Positions 1 to 10,250 of a stretch of DNA of 64,000 bases are shown piece after piece. A program made the position numbers and the translations under genes. The notes under the pieces were generated by a model that ran no database searches, was not told the DNA's origin, and saw only the letters and a list, made by a program, of their open reading frames with translations. The stretch is from the NCBI GenBank assembly GCA_049852185.1, contig CP187540.1. One strand, written 5' to 3'. Position 1 is the first letter of the stretch. Each line of letters opens with the position of its first letter. Origin of the DNA: Methanocaldococcus sp. 28A (lineage in GTDB: Archaea > AGJL01 > Methanococci > Methanococcales > Methanocaldococcaceae).

Positions 1-804
1 AAAGATGATAGCATTGAAGCTCCAGATTATGAGATAAAATACTGTAAAATAGAGGATATTTATGATAAAGATGTTGATTGGAACGATATAAATTTAATAG
101 CCCAAGTTGTTGAAGATTATGGAATTAATGAAGTTATAGTTGAAGATAAAATAAGAAAAGTAAGAAATTTAATTTTAGAAGATGGAAGTGGAAGAATAAG
201 GTTGAGTTTATGGGATGATTTAGCTGAAATGGATGTTAAAGAGGGAGATATAATAGAGATTTTACATGCTTATGCTAAAGAGAGAGGAGATTATATAGAT
301 TTAGTCCTCGGAAGATATGGAAGGATAATTATAAACCCCGATGGGATTGAAATAAAGAGTAATAGAAAATTTATAGCTGATATTGAAGACAATGAAAGTG
401 TTGAAATTAGAGGAGCTATTGTTAAAATATTGAGCGATAATCTTTTCCTTTACCTATGCCCAAATTGTAAAAAGAAGGTTGTAGAGATTGATGGAATCTA
501 TAACTGCCCTATTTGTGGAGATGTAGAGCCTGAAGAGATTTTAAGATTAAATTTCGTTGTAGATGATGGCACAGGAACTTTGCTGTGTAGAGCTTATGAT
601 AGAAAAGTTGAGAAATTGTTAAAGATGAATAAAGAGGATTTAAAAAGCTTAACTATAGAAATGGTAAAGGATGAAATCTTAGGAGAAGAATTTATTTTAT
701 ATGGAAATGTTAGAAAAGAGGATAACAAATTAGTTATGATTGTGAGAAGAGTTAATGATGTGGATGTTGAGAAAGAAATAAGAATATTGGAAGAAATGGA
801 ATAA
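1..804 (+). CDS. rpa: Replication protein A, C-terminal part (5'-truncated by window)
   Basis: Frame open from base 1. OB-fold motifs ([19 protein letters not shown]) and a CPNC...CPIC zinc finger. Confidence 0.9.
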   Translation, partial: KDDSIEAPDYEIKYCKIEDIYDKDVDWNDINLIAQVVEDYGINEVIVEDKIRKVRNLILEDGSGRIRLSLWDDLAEMDVKEGDIIEILHAYAKERGDYIDLVLGRYGRIIINPDGIEIKSNRKFIADIEDNESVEIRGAIVKILSDNLFLYLCPNCKKKVVEIDGIYNCPICGDVEPEEILRLNFVVDDGTGTLLCRAYDRKVEKLLKMNKEDLKSLTIEMVKDEILGEEFILYGNVRKEDNKLVMIVRRVNDVDVEKEIRILEEME

Positions 805-854
805 CAAAAAATAAATAATTTCTCAAATATTATTTTCTAATACTCCAGAATGTT

Positions 855-2168
855 ATGGTGATAACAATGATAGTTGAAAAAGTCGAGGAATATTTGGATA
901 GAATAGAAAAAATTAATAAAGATATTAATGCATTAATAGAAGTAAATCCAAATAGAGTTTTAGAGGAAGCAAAAAAATTAGAAAAAGATGATAAAGCTAA
1001 GAAAAAGCCATTATATGGAAAGATTATTGCAGTTAAAGCAAACATAAACGTTGAGGGCTATACAATATCCTGTGCTTCAAAAACTTTAGAAAATTACATA
1101 TCCCCTTATGATGCTACAGTTATAGAGAAGATTAAAGAAAATGGTGGATTAATAATTGGAATCGCAAATATGGATGAATTTGCCTGTGGTAGTAGTGGAG
1201 AAACCTCTTATTATGGCCCAACAAAAAATCCTAAGGCGAAAGATAGAATTCCCGGAGGAAGTTCTTCAGGAAGTGCTGCAGCTGTTGCAGCTGATTTATG
1301 TGATATGGCTTTAGGAAGTGATACAGGGGGAAGTATAAGAAATCCAGCTTCACATTGTGGAGTAGTAGGATTTAAGCCAAGTTATGGTGTTGTTAGCAGA
1401 TATGGTTTATGTGATTTAGCAATGAGTTTTGACCAAATAGGGCCTTTAACAAAAACAGCTGAAGATGCATTATTATTAACAAATATCACTAAAGGAAAAG
1501 ATTTGAGAGATACAACAACAGTAGAAACTAAACCTTTTGAAAAGATAGATATTAAAGGATTTAAAGTAGGAGTAGTTAAGGAATTTATGGAAGTTACTGA
1601 TGAGAAGATAAGAGATAAGATAGAGAGAGGTATTGAGGTCTTTAAAGATTTAGGATGTGAGATTGTTGAATTAAGCTATAAGTATGTTGATTTAGCTTTA
1701 CCAACATACTATTTAATTAATTATGTTGAGTTCTTCTCATCCACAAGAAGGTATGATGGAAGAAGATATGGATATAAAATAGAGGAAGTTTGTGGAGAGG
1801 AGGTTTTAAGAAGAATTATGATAGGTTCAATGATTAGTCAAAAAGAATATAGTGGAAAATATTACAAAAACGCTTTAAGAGCAAGAAATTTAATGAAAAA
1901 TGAGATGATTAAGATTATGAAGGATGTTGATATTATTGTAGGGCCAACAGTTCCTAAGCTACCACACAAATTGGGAGAGAAGTTAACACCAATGGAAATG
2001 TATAGCTATGATGTTTTAACAGTCCCAGCTAATATATGTGGTTTATGTGCAGGTGTTGTTCCTTGCGGAGAAATAAATGGAATTCCTGTTGGCTTACAAA
2101 TCCAAGGAAAACCATTTGAAGATGAAAAAGTTTTAAGTGCAATGATTGCATTTGAAAAAGCATTATAA
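855..2168 (+). CDS. gatA: Glu/Asp-tRNA amidotransferase subunit A
   Basis: Amidase signature GGSSSGSAAAV...GSDTGGSIRNPAS; RRYDGRRYG. Confidence 0.95.
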   Translation: MVITMIVEKVEEYLDRIEKINKDINALIEVNPNRVLEEAKKLEKDDKAKKKPLYGKIIAVKANINVEGYTISCASKTLENYISPYDATVIEKIKENGGLIIGIANMDEFACGSSGETSYYGPTKNPKAKDRIPGGSSSGSAAAVAADLCDMALGSDTGGSIRNPASHCGVVGFKPSYGVVSRYGLCDLAMSFDQIGPLTKTAEDALLLTNITKGKDLRDTTTVETKPFEKIDIKGFKVGVVKEFMEVTDEKIRDKIERGIEVFKDLGCEIVELSYKYVDLALPTYYLINYVEFFSSTRRYDGRRYGYKIEEVCGEEVLRRIMIGSMISQKEYSGKYYKNALRARNLMKNEMIKIMKDVDIIVGPTVPKLPHKLGEKLTPMEMYSYDVLTVPANICGLCAGVVPCGEINGIPVGLQIQGKPFEDEKVLSAMIAFEKAL

Positions 2169-2182
2169 TAATTTACATTAAA

Positions 2183-3317
2183 TAGGACTTTCGCATCCAC
2201 ATTTAAATACTTAGATTAACGATAAACCAATTTCTTCACACAAAGAGATTATGGCATTACCAACAGCTATTCGATTTAGTTTTCTTCTAAGTTCGTACCA
2301 ACTGATATTTTTATCGATTCTAATTTTCTCTAAGAGGTAGAAGGCTCTCATAGAAAGGGAGATATGACCTAAAATTGGAAATTTTTTTCTAACGAAGAAA
2401 TTGCCAGTATTACAGCACTGTTTAACACCCCTATGGAATTCCTCGATTCTCCAAGAGGCGTTTTTGACCTCTTGGAATTCTTCGAAACTCATAAATAGGT
2501 TATTAGTTATATAATATTTTGCCTTTCCGTTTTTGGAAAGGCAGAAGAGTCTGACATAGCCAACTTTTCGTAGATAAACGATTAATCCATTCTTAGGAAT
2601 TTCCTTAATGTCTTCGATTGATACCCACTCTCTGTTTTTGGAGAGTTTTACCTTTCTATTCCTTTTAATTCTGCAGAGGTAGAATAAACCTAAACTATCG
2701 ATAAGTTTTAAGTTATCTTTACTTGAATACCAACTATCGAAACAGATATATCTAATATTTAATCCTTTATCCACTAAAGACTTTATTATCTCCCTACATA
2801 AATTATTTTTCGTCTTTCCATCTCTTGGTCTGTCATATACTCTAAAATCGATTGGAATAATATGTTTTCCATTTGTAATTATGCAATCAACGATATGTAA
2901 GCCTTTAATTACTCGTTTATGTAGATTACTCCAACAATAATAAGCAAATTCAGTCGATTTAGAGTAAATTTTATCTATAACAAAGTCATCTATAACGACA
3001 ATATTATAATCAGGAGTGATTAAATCTTTAACGAAATTAAAAAGCTTTTCTTGTGGGAAGATTCCTTCTTCCCAAAGTATTCTATTTATTGTATCGTGAG
3101 ATATGTCGATTCCGAAAATACGCAACGTTTTCGATAACTCTACACACGAATTAATCTCTGAAAGTAATATAAAAAGCATATAAACGATAGTCCTCGACAT
3201 TTTTAGCATATTTTCCCCAAAATAAACTTTTTGTTTCGAAAAATTATAATATCTAATAAAAATAGATTATCATGAAATGTTATAATAAAATATTTAAATA
3301 TGCTTGTAAAAGTCCTA
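2183..3317 (-). mobile_element. Apparently intact IS701-like insertion sequence
   Basis: Imperfect TIRs taggactttcgca (2183) and tgtaaaagtccta (ends 3317). Direct repeat cattaaa at 2176-2182 and 3318-3324. CpG-richer than the host. Confidence 0.88.
2211..3209 (-). CDS. IS701-family DDE transposase
   Basis: IDDFVIDK, FDSWY and WRIEEFHRGVKQ catalytic motifs. Confidence 0.88.
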   Translation of the reverse strand: MLKMSRTIVYMLFILLSEINSCVELSKTLRIFGIDISHDTINRILWEEGIFPQEKLFNFVKDLITPDYNIVVIDDFVIDKIYSKSTEFAYYCWSNLHKRVIKGLHIVDCIITNGKHIIPIDFRVYDRPRDGKTKNNLCREIIKSLVDKGLNIRYICFDSWYSSKDNLKLIDSLGLFYLCRIKRNRKVKLSKNREWVSIEDIKEIPKNGLIVYLRKVGYVRLFCLSKNGKAKYYITNNLFMSFEEFQEVKNASWRIEEFHRGVKQCCNTGNFFVRKKFPILGHISLSMRAFYLLEKIRIDKNISWYELRRKLNRIAVGNAIISLCEEIGLSLI

Positions 3318-3351
3318 CATTAAAAAATATTTTATTGAGGAATTTTTTACT

Positions 3352-3430
3352 ACTAAAAGAATCTTAAAAGCAAAAAACAGAAATAGAATGAGGTTAAATA
3401 GTTTATATAAAAAACAGTGATACCTGTATA
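3352..3430. repeat. ~80-bp dispersed repeat, inverted copy at ~38870-38948
   Basis: aaaagaatcttaaaagcaaaaaacagaaatagaatgaggttaaata... matches the reverse complement of 38870-38948 with few mismatches. Confidence 0.75.
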
Positions 3431-3591
3431 ATTCTTGGATTAATTCGCAAAACCTCATTTATAAATTCGTTAAATGATTTTATAGCTAACAATCTTATAT
3501 AGTTCTATAACCTCCTATTTTTTTATAACTACGATATTATGAAATATTAATTTTTCTATTTATTTTATGAGGTTCGGAGATACTGTAAAAG

Positions 3592-4374
3592 CTATAACTC
3601 CTCTAAACTCAAATTTTTCAATCTTCCAGCAATATAATCAATCATCTCTTTCAAATTTTTCTTATTGTCAAAGTTCTTAACAATCTTTAAAAGCTCTTCT
3701 CTATCTTTATTTTTAAACTCTTTAACATACTTTATTAAGAGAGGTAAAGCTCTTGTTAGCTCATCAACTATTGTTATAGTAGATTTTCTTGCAGTTCTTG
3801 ATAATGGATTTAAATCAATAGCTATGACCTTTTTACCCATATTAACTAACGCCTCTGCTCTATCTCCATCCTCCAATGGAACCAAAACAACATCCGCACT
3901 AAATATTCCTTCTTCTGAAACCTTTCCTCTCAAGCTGTCTAAGTTTGGAATCTGTTTATTAGCATCATCAATACCCAAAATTTTTATCTTTCCTGTCTCT
4001 ATATCCTCTTTAAATTTCTCTTCAAATGCTTTTTTTATAGCTATTTCTCTTTCTTTAGTTCTATAAAATAAATTAACCTCTATCTTTCCATTTAATTCTT
4101 TTGCAAGCTCAACAACTTCATCTATTGCTAAAGCTACTGTGTTTCCATTAACACTTATTACAGGATTTTCAGCTAAAACTAATAAAGCAGAAGCAGCTTT
4201 TATTGCCTCCAATGCTATTGGTGTTGTTTTTTCCCCAATTAAATAGTCAAATGTCTCTCCTCTACCGTGAGCTATTAGCCCAGCTTTAGCTAAAATCCCT
4301 TTATCTAATGCTTCAATAATTTTCTCTCTCTTCATTAAAGATTCATACCTTGGATGAGTTTTTGGAATCTCCAT
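3592..4374 (-). CDS. 4-phosphopantoate--beta-alanine ligase (archaeal phosphopantothenate synthetase)
   Basis: [43 protein letters not shown]. Confidence 0.92.
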   Translation of the reverse strand: MEIPKTHPRYESLMKREKIIEALDKGILAKAGLIAHGRGETFDYLIGEKTTPIALEAIKAASALLVLAENPVISVNGNTVALAIDEVVELAKELNGKIEVNLFYRTKEREIAIKKAFEEKFKEDIETGKIKILGIDDANKQIPNLDSLRGKVSEEGIFSADVVLVPLEDGDRAEALVNMGKKVIAIDLNPLSRTARKSTITIVDELTRALPLLIKYVKEFKNKDREELLKIVKNFDNKKNLKEMIDYIAGRLKNLSLEEL

Positions 4375-4449
4375 TAGGTATCACCAAGTTTTTATATGGT
4401 TGTTTGTAATAAAACTTTTTGTATATAAGATAATATTTAAGGTGGTAAA

Positions 4450-5547
4450 ATGAAACTACATGAATATGAGGCAAAGAAAATATTTAAAAAGTATGGAATA
4501 CCAGTTCCAGAAAGTTTTTTAATAAATAAAGGAGATGATTTAAACAGCATAAATGTTGATAAAGAAGTTGTTTTAAAAGCTCAAGTTTTAGTTGGTGGAA
4601 GAGGGAAAGCTGGAGGAATTTTATTCGCATCAAACAAAGAAGAATTTATAAAGAAGGCTGAAGAGTTGTTTAACAAAGAAGTTAAAGGAGAAAAAGTAGA
4701 AAAAATTTTAGTTGAAGAAAAATTACCAATAGAGAAGGAATATTACGTATCAATTATTATTGATAGAGATGCTAAAAAACCATTAGTTATTTTCTCAACT
4801 GAAGGGGGAGTAGATATTGAAGAAGTTGCAGAAAAAGAGCCAGAAAAGATTATAAAATACCACATTAATGTTAAAAAACCTTTCCTACCATATATAGCGA
4901 GATGGATAGTTAAAGATGCTAAGTTACCAAGTAATGAGATAGGAAAGGTTGCTGATGTTATTTATAAGTTATACAAAATCTTTAAAGATTTAGATGCAAC
5001 AATGGTTGAAATAAATCCTTTAGTTATAACTAAGGATGGAAATATCTATGCCGCTGATGCCGTTCTTCACTTAGATGATGATGCAGCATTTAGACATAAT
5101 TATGAGATATTTGAAGAATACAAAAACAAAGAAAAATTGCCATTTGCCTATGTTGAATTAGATGGAGATGTTGCTGTTATAGGTAATGGGGCTGGTTTAA
5201 CATTGGCAAGTATGGATGTAATTAACAACCTCGGCAGAAAACCAGCTTGTTTCTTAGACATTGGTGGAGGAGCTGATACTGAAACAGTAAAATTAGCTTT
5301 AAGAAAAGTTTTAGAGAATAAAAATGTTAAAGGTATATTTATCAATATCTTGGGAGGGATTACAAGGTGTGATGAAGTTGCCAAAGGAATAGTTGAGGTT
5401 TTAAAAGAACATCCAAATGTAAAGTTTGCTGTTAGAATGATGGGAACTAATGAAGAAATCGGTAGGAAGATTTTAGAAGAGCATGGAATTCCTTATGAAA
5501 CATCAATGGAAGAGGCTGGAAAAAAACTTATTGAAATGTTAAGTTAA
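4450..5547 (+). CDS. sucC: Succinyl-CoA synthetase beta subunit
   Basis: MKLHEYEAK, KAQVLVGGRGKAGGI, GNGAGL, NILGGITRCD. Confidence 0.95.
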   Translation: MKLHEYEAKKIFKKYGIPVPESFLINKGDDLNSINVDKEVVLKAQVLVGGRGKAGGILFASNKEEFIKKAEELFNKEVKGEKVEKILVEEKLPIEKEYYVSIIIDRDAKKPLVIFSTEGGVDIEEVAEKEPEKIIKYHINVKKPFLPYIARWIVKDAKLPSNEIGKVADVIYKLYKIFKDLDATMVEINPLVITKDGNIYAADAVLHLDDDAAFRHNYEIFEEYKNKEKLPFAYVELDGDVAVIGNGAGLTLASMDVINNLGRKPACFLDIGGGADTETVKLALRKVLENKNVKGIFINILGGITRCDEVAKGIVEVLKEHPNVKFAVRMMGTNEEIGRKILEEHGIPYETSMEEAGKKLIEMLS

Positions 5548-5575
5548 TTTATTAACTTTCTTTTTTGGTGAAATA

Positions 5576-6487
5576 ATGATATTAGTTACTGGGGGAGCTG
5601 GTTTTATTGGTAGTCATATTGTAGATAAGCTCATTGAAAATAATTATGATGTAACTATTTTAGACAATTTAACTACAGGATATAAGAATAATATAAATCC
5701 TAAAGCAAATTTTATAAATGCGGATATTAGGGATAAAGATTTAGATGAAAAAATTAATTTTAAAGATGTCGAAGTTGTTATTCATCAAGCAGCTCAGATA
5801 AATGTTAGAAGCTCTATTGAAAATCCAATATATGATGGAGATATTAACATTTTAGGAACTATAAATATCTTAGAGTTTATGAGAAAGCATGACATAAATA
5901 AAATTGTATTTGCATCTTCTGTAGCAGTTTATGGAGAGCCAAAATATCTTCCTGTAGATGAAAACCATCTTATAAAACCACTATCCCCTTATGGGTTAAG
6001 TAAATATGTTGGAGAGGAATATATAAAGCTATATAATCGCCTCTATGGGATTGAATATGCAATTTTAAGATACTCAAATGTTTTTGGTGAGAGGCAAGAC
6101 CCAAAAGGAGAAGCTGGAGTCATAAGCATATTTATAGACAAGATGTTAAAAAATCAAAACCCAACTATTTTTGGAGATGGTAACCAAACAAGAGATTTTG
6201 TCTATGTTGGAGATGTTGCAAAAGCAAATATTATGGCACTAAATTGGAAAAATGAAATTGTTAATATAGGAACTGGAAAAGAGACATCAGTAAATGAATT
6301 ATTTAATATAATAAAAAATGAAATTGGGTTTAAAGGAAATGCAATACATGATAAACAAAGAGAAGGAGAGGTTTATAGAATTTATTTAAATATAGATAAA
6401 GCAAAGTCTTTAGGTTGGGAGCCAGAGGTTGATTTGAAAGAGGGAATAAAAAGAGTTGTTAATTGGATGAAAAACTATAAAGCGTAA
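5576..6487 (+). CDS. galE: UDP-glucose 4-epimerase-like NAD-dependent epimerase/dehydratase
   Basis: GGAGFIG, YGLSK, GDGNQTRDFVYV. Confidence 0.85.
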   Translation: MILVTGGAGFIGSHIVDKLIENNYDVTILDNLTTGYKNNINPKANFINADIRDKDLDEKINFKDVEVVIHQAAQINVRSSIENPIYDGDINILGTINILEFMRKHDINKIVFASSVAVYGEPKYLPVDENHLIKPLSPYGLSKYVGEEYIKLYNRLYGIEYAILRYSNVFGERQDPKGEAGVISIFIDKMLKNQNPTIFGDGNQTRDFVYVGDVAKANIMALNWKNEIVNIGTGKETSVNELFNIIKNEIGFKGNAIHDKQREGEVYRIYLNIDKAKSLGWEPEVDLKEGIKRVVNWMKNYKA

Positions 6488-6501
6488 AACTTTCTATTTG
6501 G

Positions 6502-6558
6502 TATGGGGTCTGTCCAACATGGACAATTATAGACAAATGTCCACGTTGGACAGACTCA
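6502..6558. repeat. Palindromic mini-element (MITE-like family 3)
   Basis: Near-perfect hairpin tggggtctgtccaacatggaca-attatagacaaa-tgtccacgttggacagactca. Related half-copy at 41971-42003. Confidence 0.7.
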
Positions 6559-6569
6559 CTTTAATACCC

Positions 6570-6696
6570 TATCTTATTCTAATTTCTTATAGGATTATTG
6601 GTTTTTCTGGAGAAGTATCTAAATCCTTTAAAAAAATCTTTCAGCAACTTTTTTATCTTTAACAATGTATATTCCCTCTTCCAACAATGTTATCAT
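6570..6696 (-). pseudogene. Frameshifted small-gene fragment
   Basis: Minus strand reads MITLLEEGIYIVKDKKVAERF, then a frameshift to LKDLDTSPEKPIIL, with host-like codon usage. Confidence 0.35.
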
Positions 6697-6734
6697 AATT
6701 TTAATTTTTACCTCTAAATAAATTCAGTATTAAA

Positions 6735-7193
6735 CTAGACCATATATTTCTTTTTCCTAATACTTAGATAATGTTTTACAAACTCTTCTTGCTCTTCAGT
6801 CTCAACAGCATATTGACAATAATGCTCTCTAACATACTTTATTGGATTTTTAACTCCATTCAATCCAGCCCATACAGCCAATATAGTTCCAGTTCTTCCA
6901 TGCCCTCCAATACAAGAAACTACAACCTCCTTATTCTTAGAAACATGAAATTTTATAAAATCAACGATTAAATCCATATCTTCAACAGTGGGAATACTAT
7001 AATCTTCAATGGGAACATATAAGGTTTGAATTTTTATAGGATATTCCATAATTTCATACCAACTTTTTAGCCACAATTCGTCTAATATTACAAAACCACC
7101 AATTCTATCCAATAAGTGAAATGGAAAGTTTGGAAAACTGGCAGGTCTTAAACCAAAAATACACACTTCACCATTATGTCGGCACTTGACCAT
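6735..7193 (-). CDS. Protein-tyrosine/dual-specificity phosphatase family protein
   Basis: CX5R motif SCIGGHGRTG, PIEDYSIP, AVETEEQ. RBS gggtga precedes the ATG at 7193. Confidence 0.88.
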   Translation of the reverse strand: MVKCRHNGEVCIFGLRPASFPNFPFHLLDRIGGFVILDELWLKSWYEIMEYPIKIQTLYVPIEDYSIPTVEDMDLIVDFIKFHVSKNKEVVVSCIGGHGRTGTILAVWAGLNGVKNPIKYVREHYCQYAVETEEQEEFVKHYLSIRKKKYMV

Positions 7194-7270
7194 ATATTCA
7201 CCCATTGTTTATAATTAATAATAAGTAATATTATTCCTTTTTGGTATAAATTTATTTTCTTTGTTATATG

Positions 7271-8075
7271 GAGGTTGTCAAGATAAGATAAGGAATAAGT
7301 TATAGTTGTGTGCAAAATAAAATAAACTTTTATAAGGACAATTTGAATGCCTTCCATAAGGAAGGCATTCACTAATTCCTTATTTTATTTAAGATAGTTT
7401 TGCACACAACTATATATAGGGAGGAGAAAGATTTGAGCCAGCTAATGGTGGTTGAGAATTTAAAATTATTAGGGAATCGGTTATAGAAAGATTTGGTTCT
7501 ACGTTTGAGTAGGGAGAAGAAATTTTCGACACAATTTCTTAAACCGAATCAAACTCTTTCGAATTTTAGTCCTAATCTCTGTAGAGCCCACGGATACCAT
7601 TTACCACCATCAACCAAAATTTTTGGTTTATTCGAGCAAAATTTTAATATACTTCTTACAAATAAGATTGTATCGAGGTAGCATCTTGTTTCAGAGATAT
7701 GTAGATACCTAAACATTCTTTAGATTCCACATCGATGGCAGACCATACATAAATAGTTTCATTTCCAAGCTTTAGTTTAGTTTCATCGATTGCAATTAGG
7801 TTTCTTGTCTTTCTTTCAGGTTCGTTTAAAATATCTTTAATCTTGTGGTAATATTGTCTAACCGATTCGTGGCTTATACTCTCGAATTGAGAAAGAAACT
7901 AACCTTTCTTAACGATAATCCTAAATAATACAAAATTCCTGCCAAAATTTTAATCTCTATCGACTTTTTATTCCTTTTAACTACCTTCTTAATCCTTTCC
8001 TTTAACATTCCTATCGTAAGTTCCATATTTTCCTTTATTCGTATATATCTATTTAATCCTTATCTTGACATTCTC
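7271..8075 (-). mobile_element. IS6-family element with frameshifted transposase, interrupted by a MITE
   Basis: TIRs gaggttgtcaagataag / cttatcttgacattctc. Minus-strand ORF from 8026 ([14 protein letters not shown]...) is frameshifted near 7900 and then near-identical to 45442-45936 ([18 protein letters not shown]). Confidence 0.85.
7301..7414. mobile_element. MITE family 2 copy 1 (TA-flanked, ~114 bp)
   Basis: TIR tatagttgtgtgcaaaa...ttttgcacacaactata with internal hairpin tgaatgccttcc-ataa-ggaaggcattca. Confidence 0.9.
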
Positions 8076-8094
8076 ATATTTAGATGGTGAAAAT

Positions 8095-9552
8095 ATGAAC
8101 ATTTTAAGAAGAGGAAGGTTAGGAAACTCAATAAAAGAAGATGTTGCAAAATACACAACAAGTTTAAATTTTGATAAAGAAATATTTGAGGCAGATATTT
8201 TATGTGATATTGCTCATGTGATAATGCTTTATGAGCAAAATATTATTAAAAAAGAAGATGCAAAAAAGATTATTGAAGGTTTAAAAGAAATTTATAAAAA
8301 AGGTATGGAAAATCTAAACTTAGACCCTTCTTTAGATGATATACACATGGTTATTGAAAGTGAATTAATTACAAAACTTGGTGAAGATATTGCAGGAAGA
8401 ATGCATACTGGAAGAAGTAGAAATGATGAAGTAGCAACAGATTTAAGGATTGCCTTAAGAGAGAAGGTTTTAATAATAGTTAAATCATTGATTGAGATGC
8501 TAAAAGATATCCTAAAATTAGCTGAAGAGCATAAAGAGACATTAACTGTTGGATATACACATTTGCAACATGCTCAACCAACAACTTTTGCTCATCATCT
8601 ATTAAGTTATGTTTCAGCAATTGAAAGGGATATTTTAAGGTTGTTAGATGCCTACAAAAGGATTAATATCTCACCATTAGGTTGTGGGGCAATGGCAACT
8701 ACTGGATTTAAGATAAATAGAGATAGAACTAAAGAACTTCTTGGATTTGATGCTTTAATAGAGAACTCAATGGATGGAGTTTCAGCGAGAGATTTTATCT
8801 TAGAGACTATGGCAGATTTAGCAATATTAGGAACTAATTTATCAAAAATTTGTGAAGAATTAGTTTTATTCTCAACCTACGAATTTGGAACCATTGAGAT
8901 TGCTAACGAGTTCTGCTCAACATCTTCAATAATGCCTCAAAAGAAGAATCCTGATGTGGCAGAGATAGCAAGGGCTAAACTATCTAAGCTAAATGGAAAT
9001 TTAATTACTGCTCTAACTATTTTAAAAGCTTTGCCTAACACTTACAATAGAGATTTGCAGGAAGTTAGCCCACATTTATGGGATAGCGTTTATACAACAA
9101 TAGACACAATAAAAATGGTTCATGAGATGTTAAAGACAATAAAAGTAAATAAAGAGAGAATGAGAGAGTTAGCTAATGCAAATTACTCAACAGCAACAGA
9201 ATTAGCAGATACTTTGGTTAGAGAGACAGGGATTCCATTTAGAACAGCTCATGGCATCGTTGGAGAAGTTGTTAGAAAGGCTATTGATGAAAAAAAGGAT
9301 ATGATTGAAGTTATCTATGAAGTTTTAGAAAAATATAATTTGAAAGTTGATGAAGAAAAAATAAGAAAGGCATTAGACCCTTATGAGAATGTTAAAATGA
9401 GGGATGTTATTGGGGGTCCTGCTCCAAAAGAGGTTGAAAAAAGAATAAAGGCATTTAAAGAGAGATTAGATAAATATGAAAAAGAAGTAAATGAAAAAAT
9501 GCAAAAGATAAATAATATTAAAGAAACACTTTCATCCTATGAGATTAAATAA
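8095..9552 (+). CDS. argH: Argininosuccinate lyase
   Basis: HTGRSRND, GYTHLQHAQP, SSIMPQKKNPD. RBS ggtga precedes ATG 8095. Confidence 0.96.
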   Translation: MNILRRGRLGNSIKEDVAKYTTSLNFDKEIFEADILCDIAHVIMLYEQNIIKKEDAKKIIEGLKEIYKKGMENLNLDPSLDDIHMVIESELITKLGEDIAGRMHTGRSRNDEVATDLRIALREKVLIIVKSLIEMLKDILKLAEEHKETLTVGYTHLQHAQPTTFAHHLLSYVSAIERDILRLLDAYKRINISPLGCGAMATTGFKINRDRTKELLGFDALIENSMDGVSARDFILETMADLAILGTNLSKICEELVLFSTYEFGTIEIANEFCSTSSIMPQKKNPDVAEIARAKLSKLNGNLITALTILKALPNTYNRDLQEVSPHLWDSVYTTIDTIKMVHEMLKTIKVNKERMRELANANYSTATELADTLVRETGIPFRTAHGIVGEVVRKAIDEKKDMIEVIYEVLEKYNLKVDEEKIRKALDPYENVKMRDVIGGPAPKEVEKRIKAFKERLDKYEKEVNEKMQKINNIKETLSSYEIK

Positions 9553-9560
9553 AAAATAAA

Positions 9561-10250
9561 CTAAAAAATAACATCTTTCCAAATATAAACAGCCATTAAT
9601 AGCCATATTGCTACTAAAATATATCCTTCTTTTTTTCTTAATTTATAGTTGGATATTGGATAAAAAGCTCTAACTCCTGCAGGTGTTAAAGAATCTCCAA
9701 CTAAATGAGATAAATAACCTGCCATTATTGGCAATATGTAATGTAAAGTTCCATTAATTCCAGGATTTAATTTTAGAATATCCAAAATAGCCCACGCAAA
9801 CACTGCAAAAATCATCACTCTACCGAGTAAAATTTCATTGGTAACCATTGACAATATTAATATTCCAGCAAAAACTGAAGATAAAAATGAAAGTTTATAA
9901 GCTAAATAACCCAAAATAAAAGATACAAATAACAAAGACCAAAATGTATGAGTTAAAGTCCTATGCTCTGAAAAATATGGAATCAAATATATCAAAAAAA
10001 CTGAAACTCCCAAAATAAACAAATCAATATTAAATAAATTTTTATCAAAAAAATAAAGCAATATATTTATAAAAACAATCCCTCCAGATATTAAAATCCC
10101 TCTTTTAACAATATCTTCTTTAACATCATGGTCTAAATCTGGATATAAAGCCCCAGCTAATGCCAAAAATATCTGTTCTGGGGAAGATACGAAAGGCAAT
10201 CCAAATATAAGACCCAAAATTGTATGTCCTTTCCAATTCATTTTTATCAC
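9561..10250 (-). CDS. Membrane-bound metal-dependent hydrolase (YdjM-like)
   Basis: GH, PDLD, HRTLTH and SHLVGD motifs with TM segments. Confidence 0.85.
   Translation of the reverse strand: MIKMNWKGHTILGLIFGLPFVSSPEQIFLALAGALYPDLDHDVKEDIVKRGILISGGIVFINILLYFFDKNLFNIDLFILGVSVFLIYLIPYFSEHRTLTHTFWSLLFVSFILGYLAYKLSFLSSVFAGILILSMVTNEILLGRVMIFAVFAWAILDILKLNPGINGTLHYILPIMAGYLSHLVGDSLTPAGVRAFYPISNYKLRKKEGYILVAIWLLMAVYIWKDVIF

Noticed and set aside
7148-7372. ORF starting MNAFL..., and the same start extending 23605-24789
   Set aside because: The start lies in the family-2 MITE hairpin, so it is an artefact of the repeat.
8065-8094. TTG-extended argH start
   Set aside because: It lies in the IS6 TIR; the ATG at 8095 has a good RBS.
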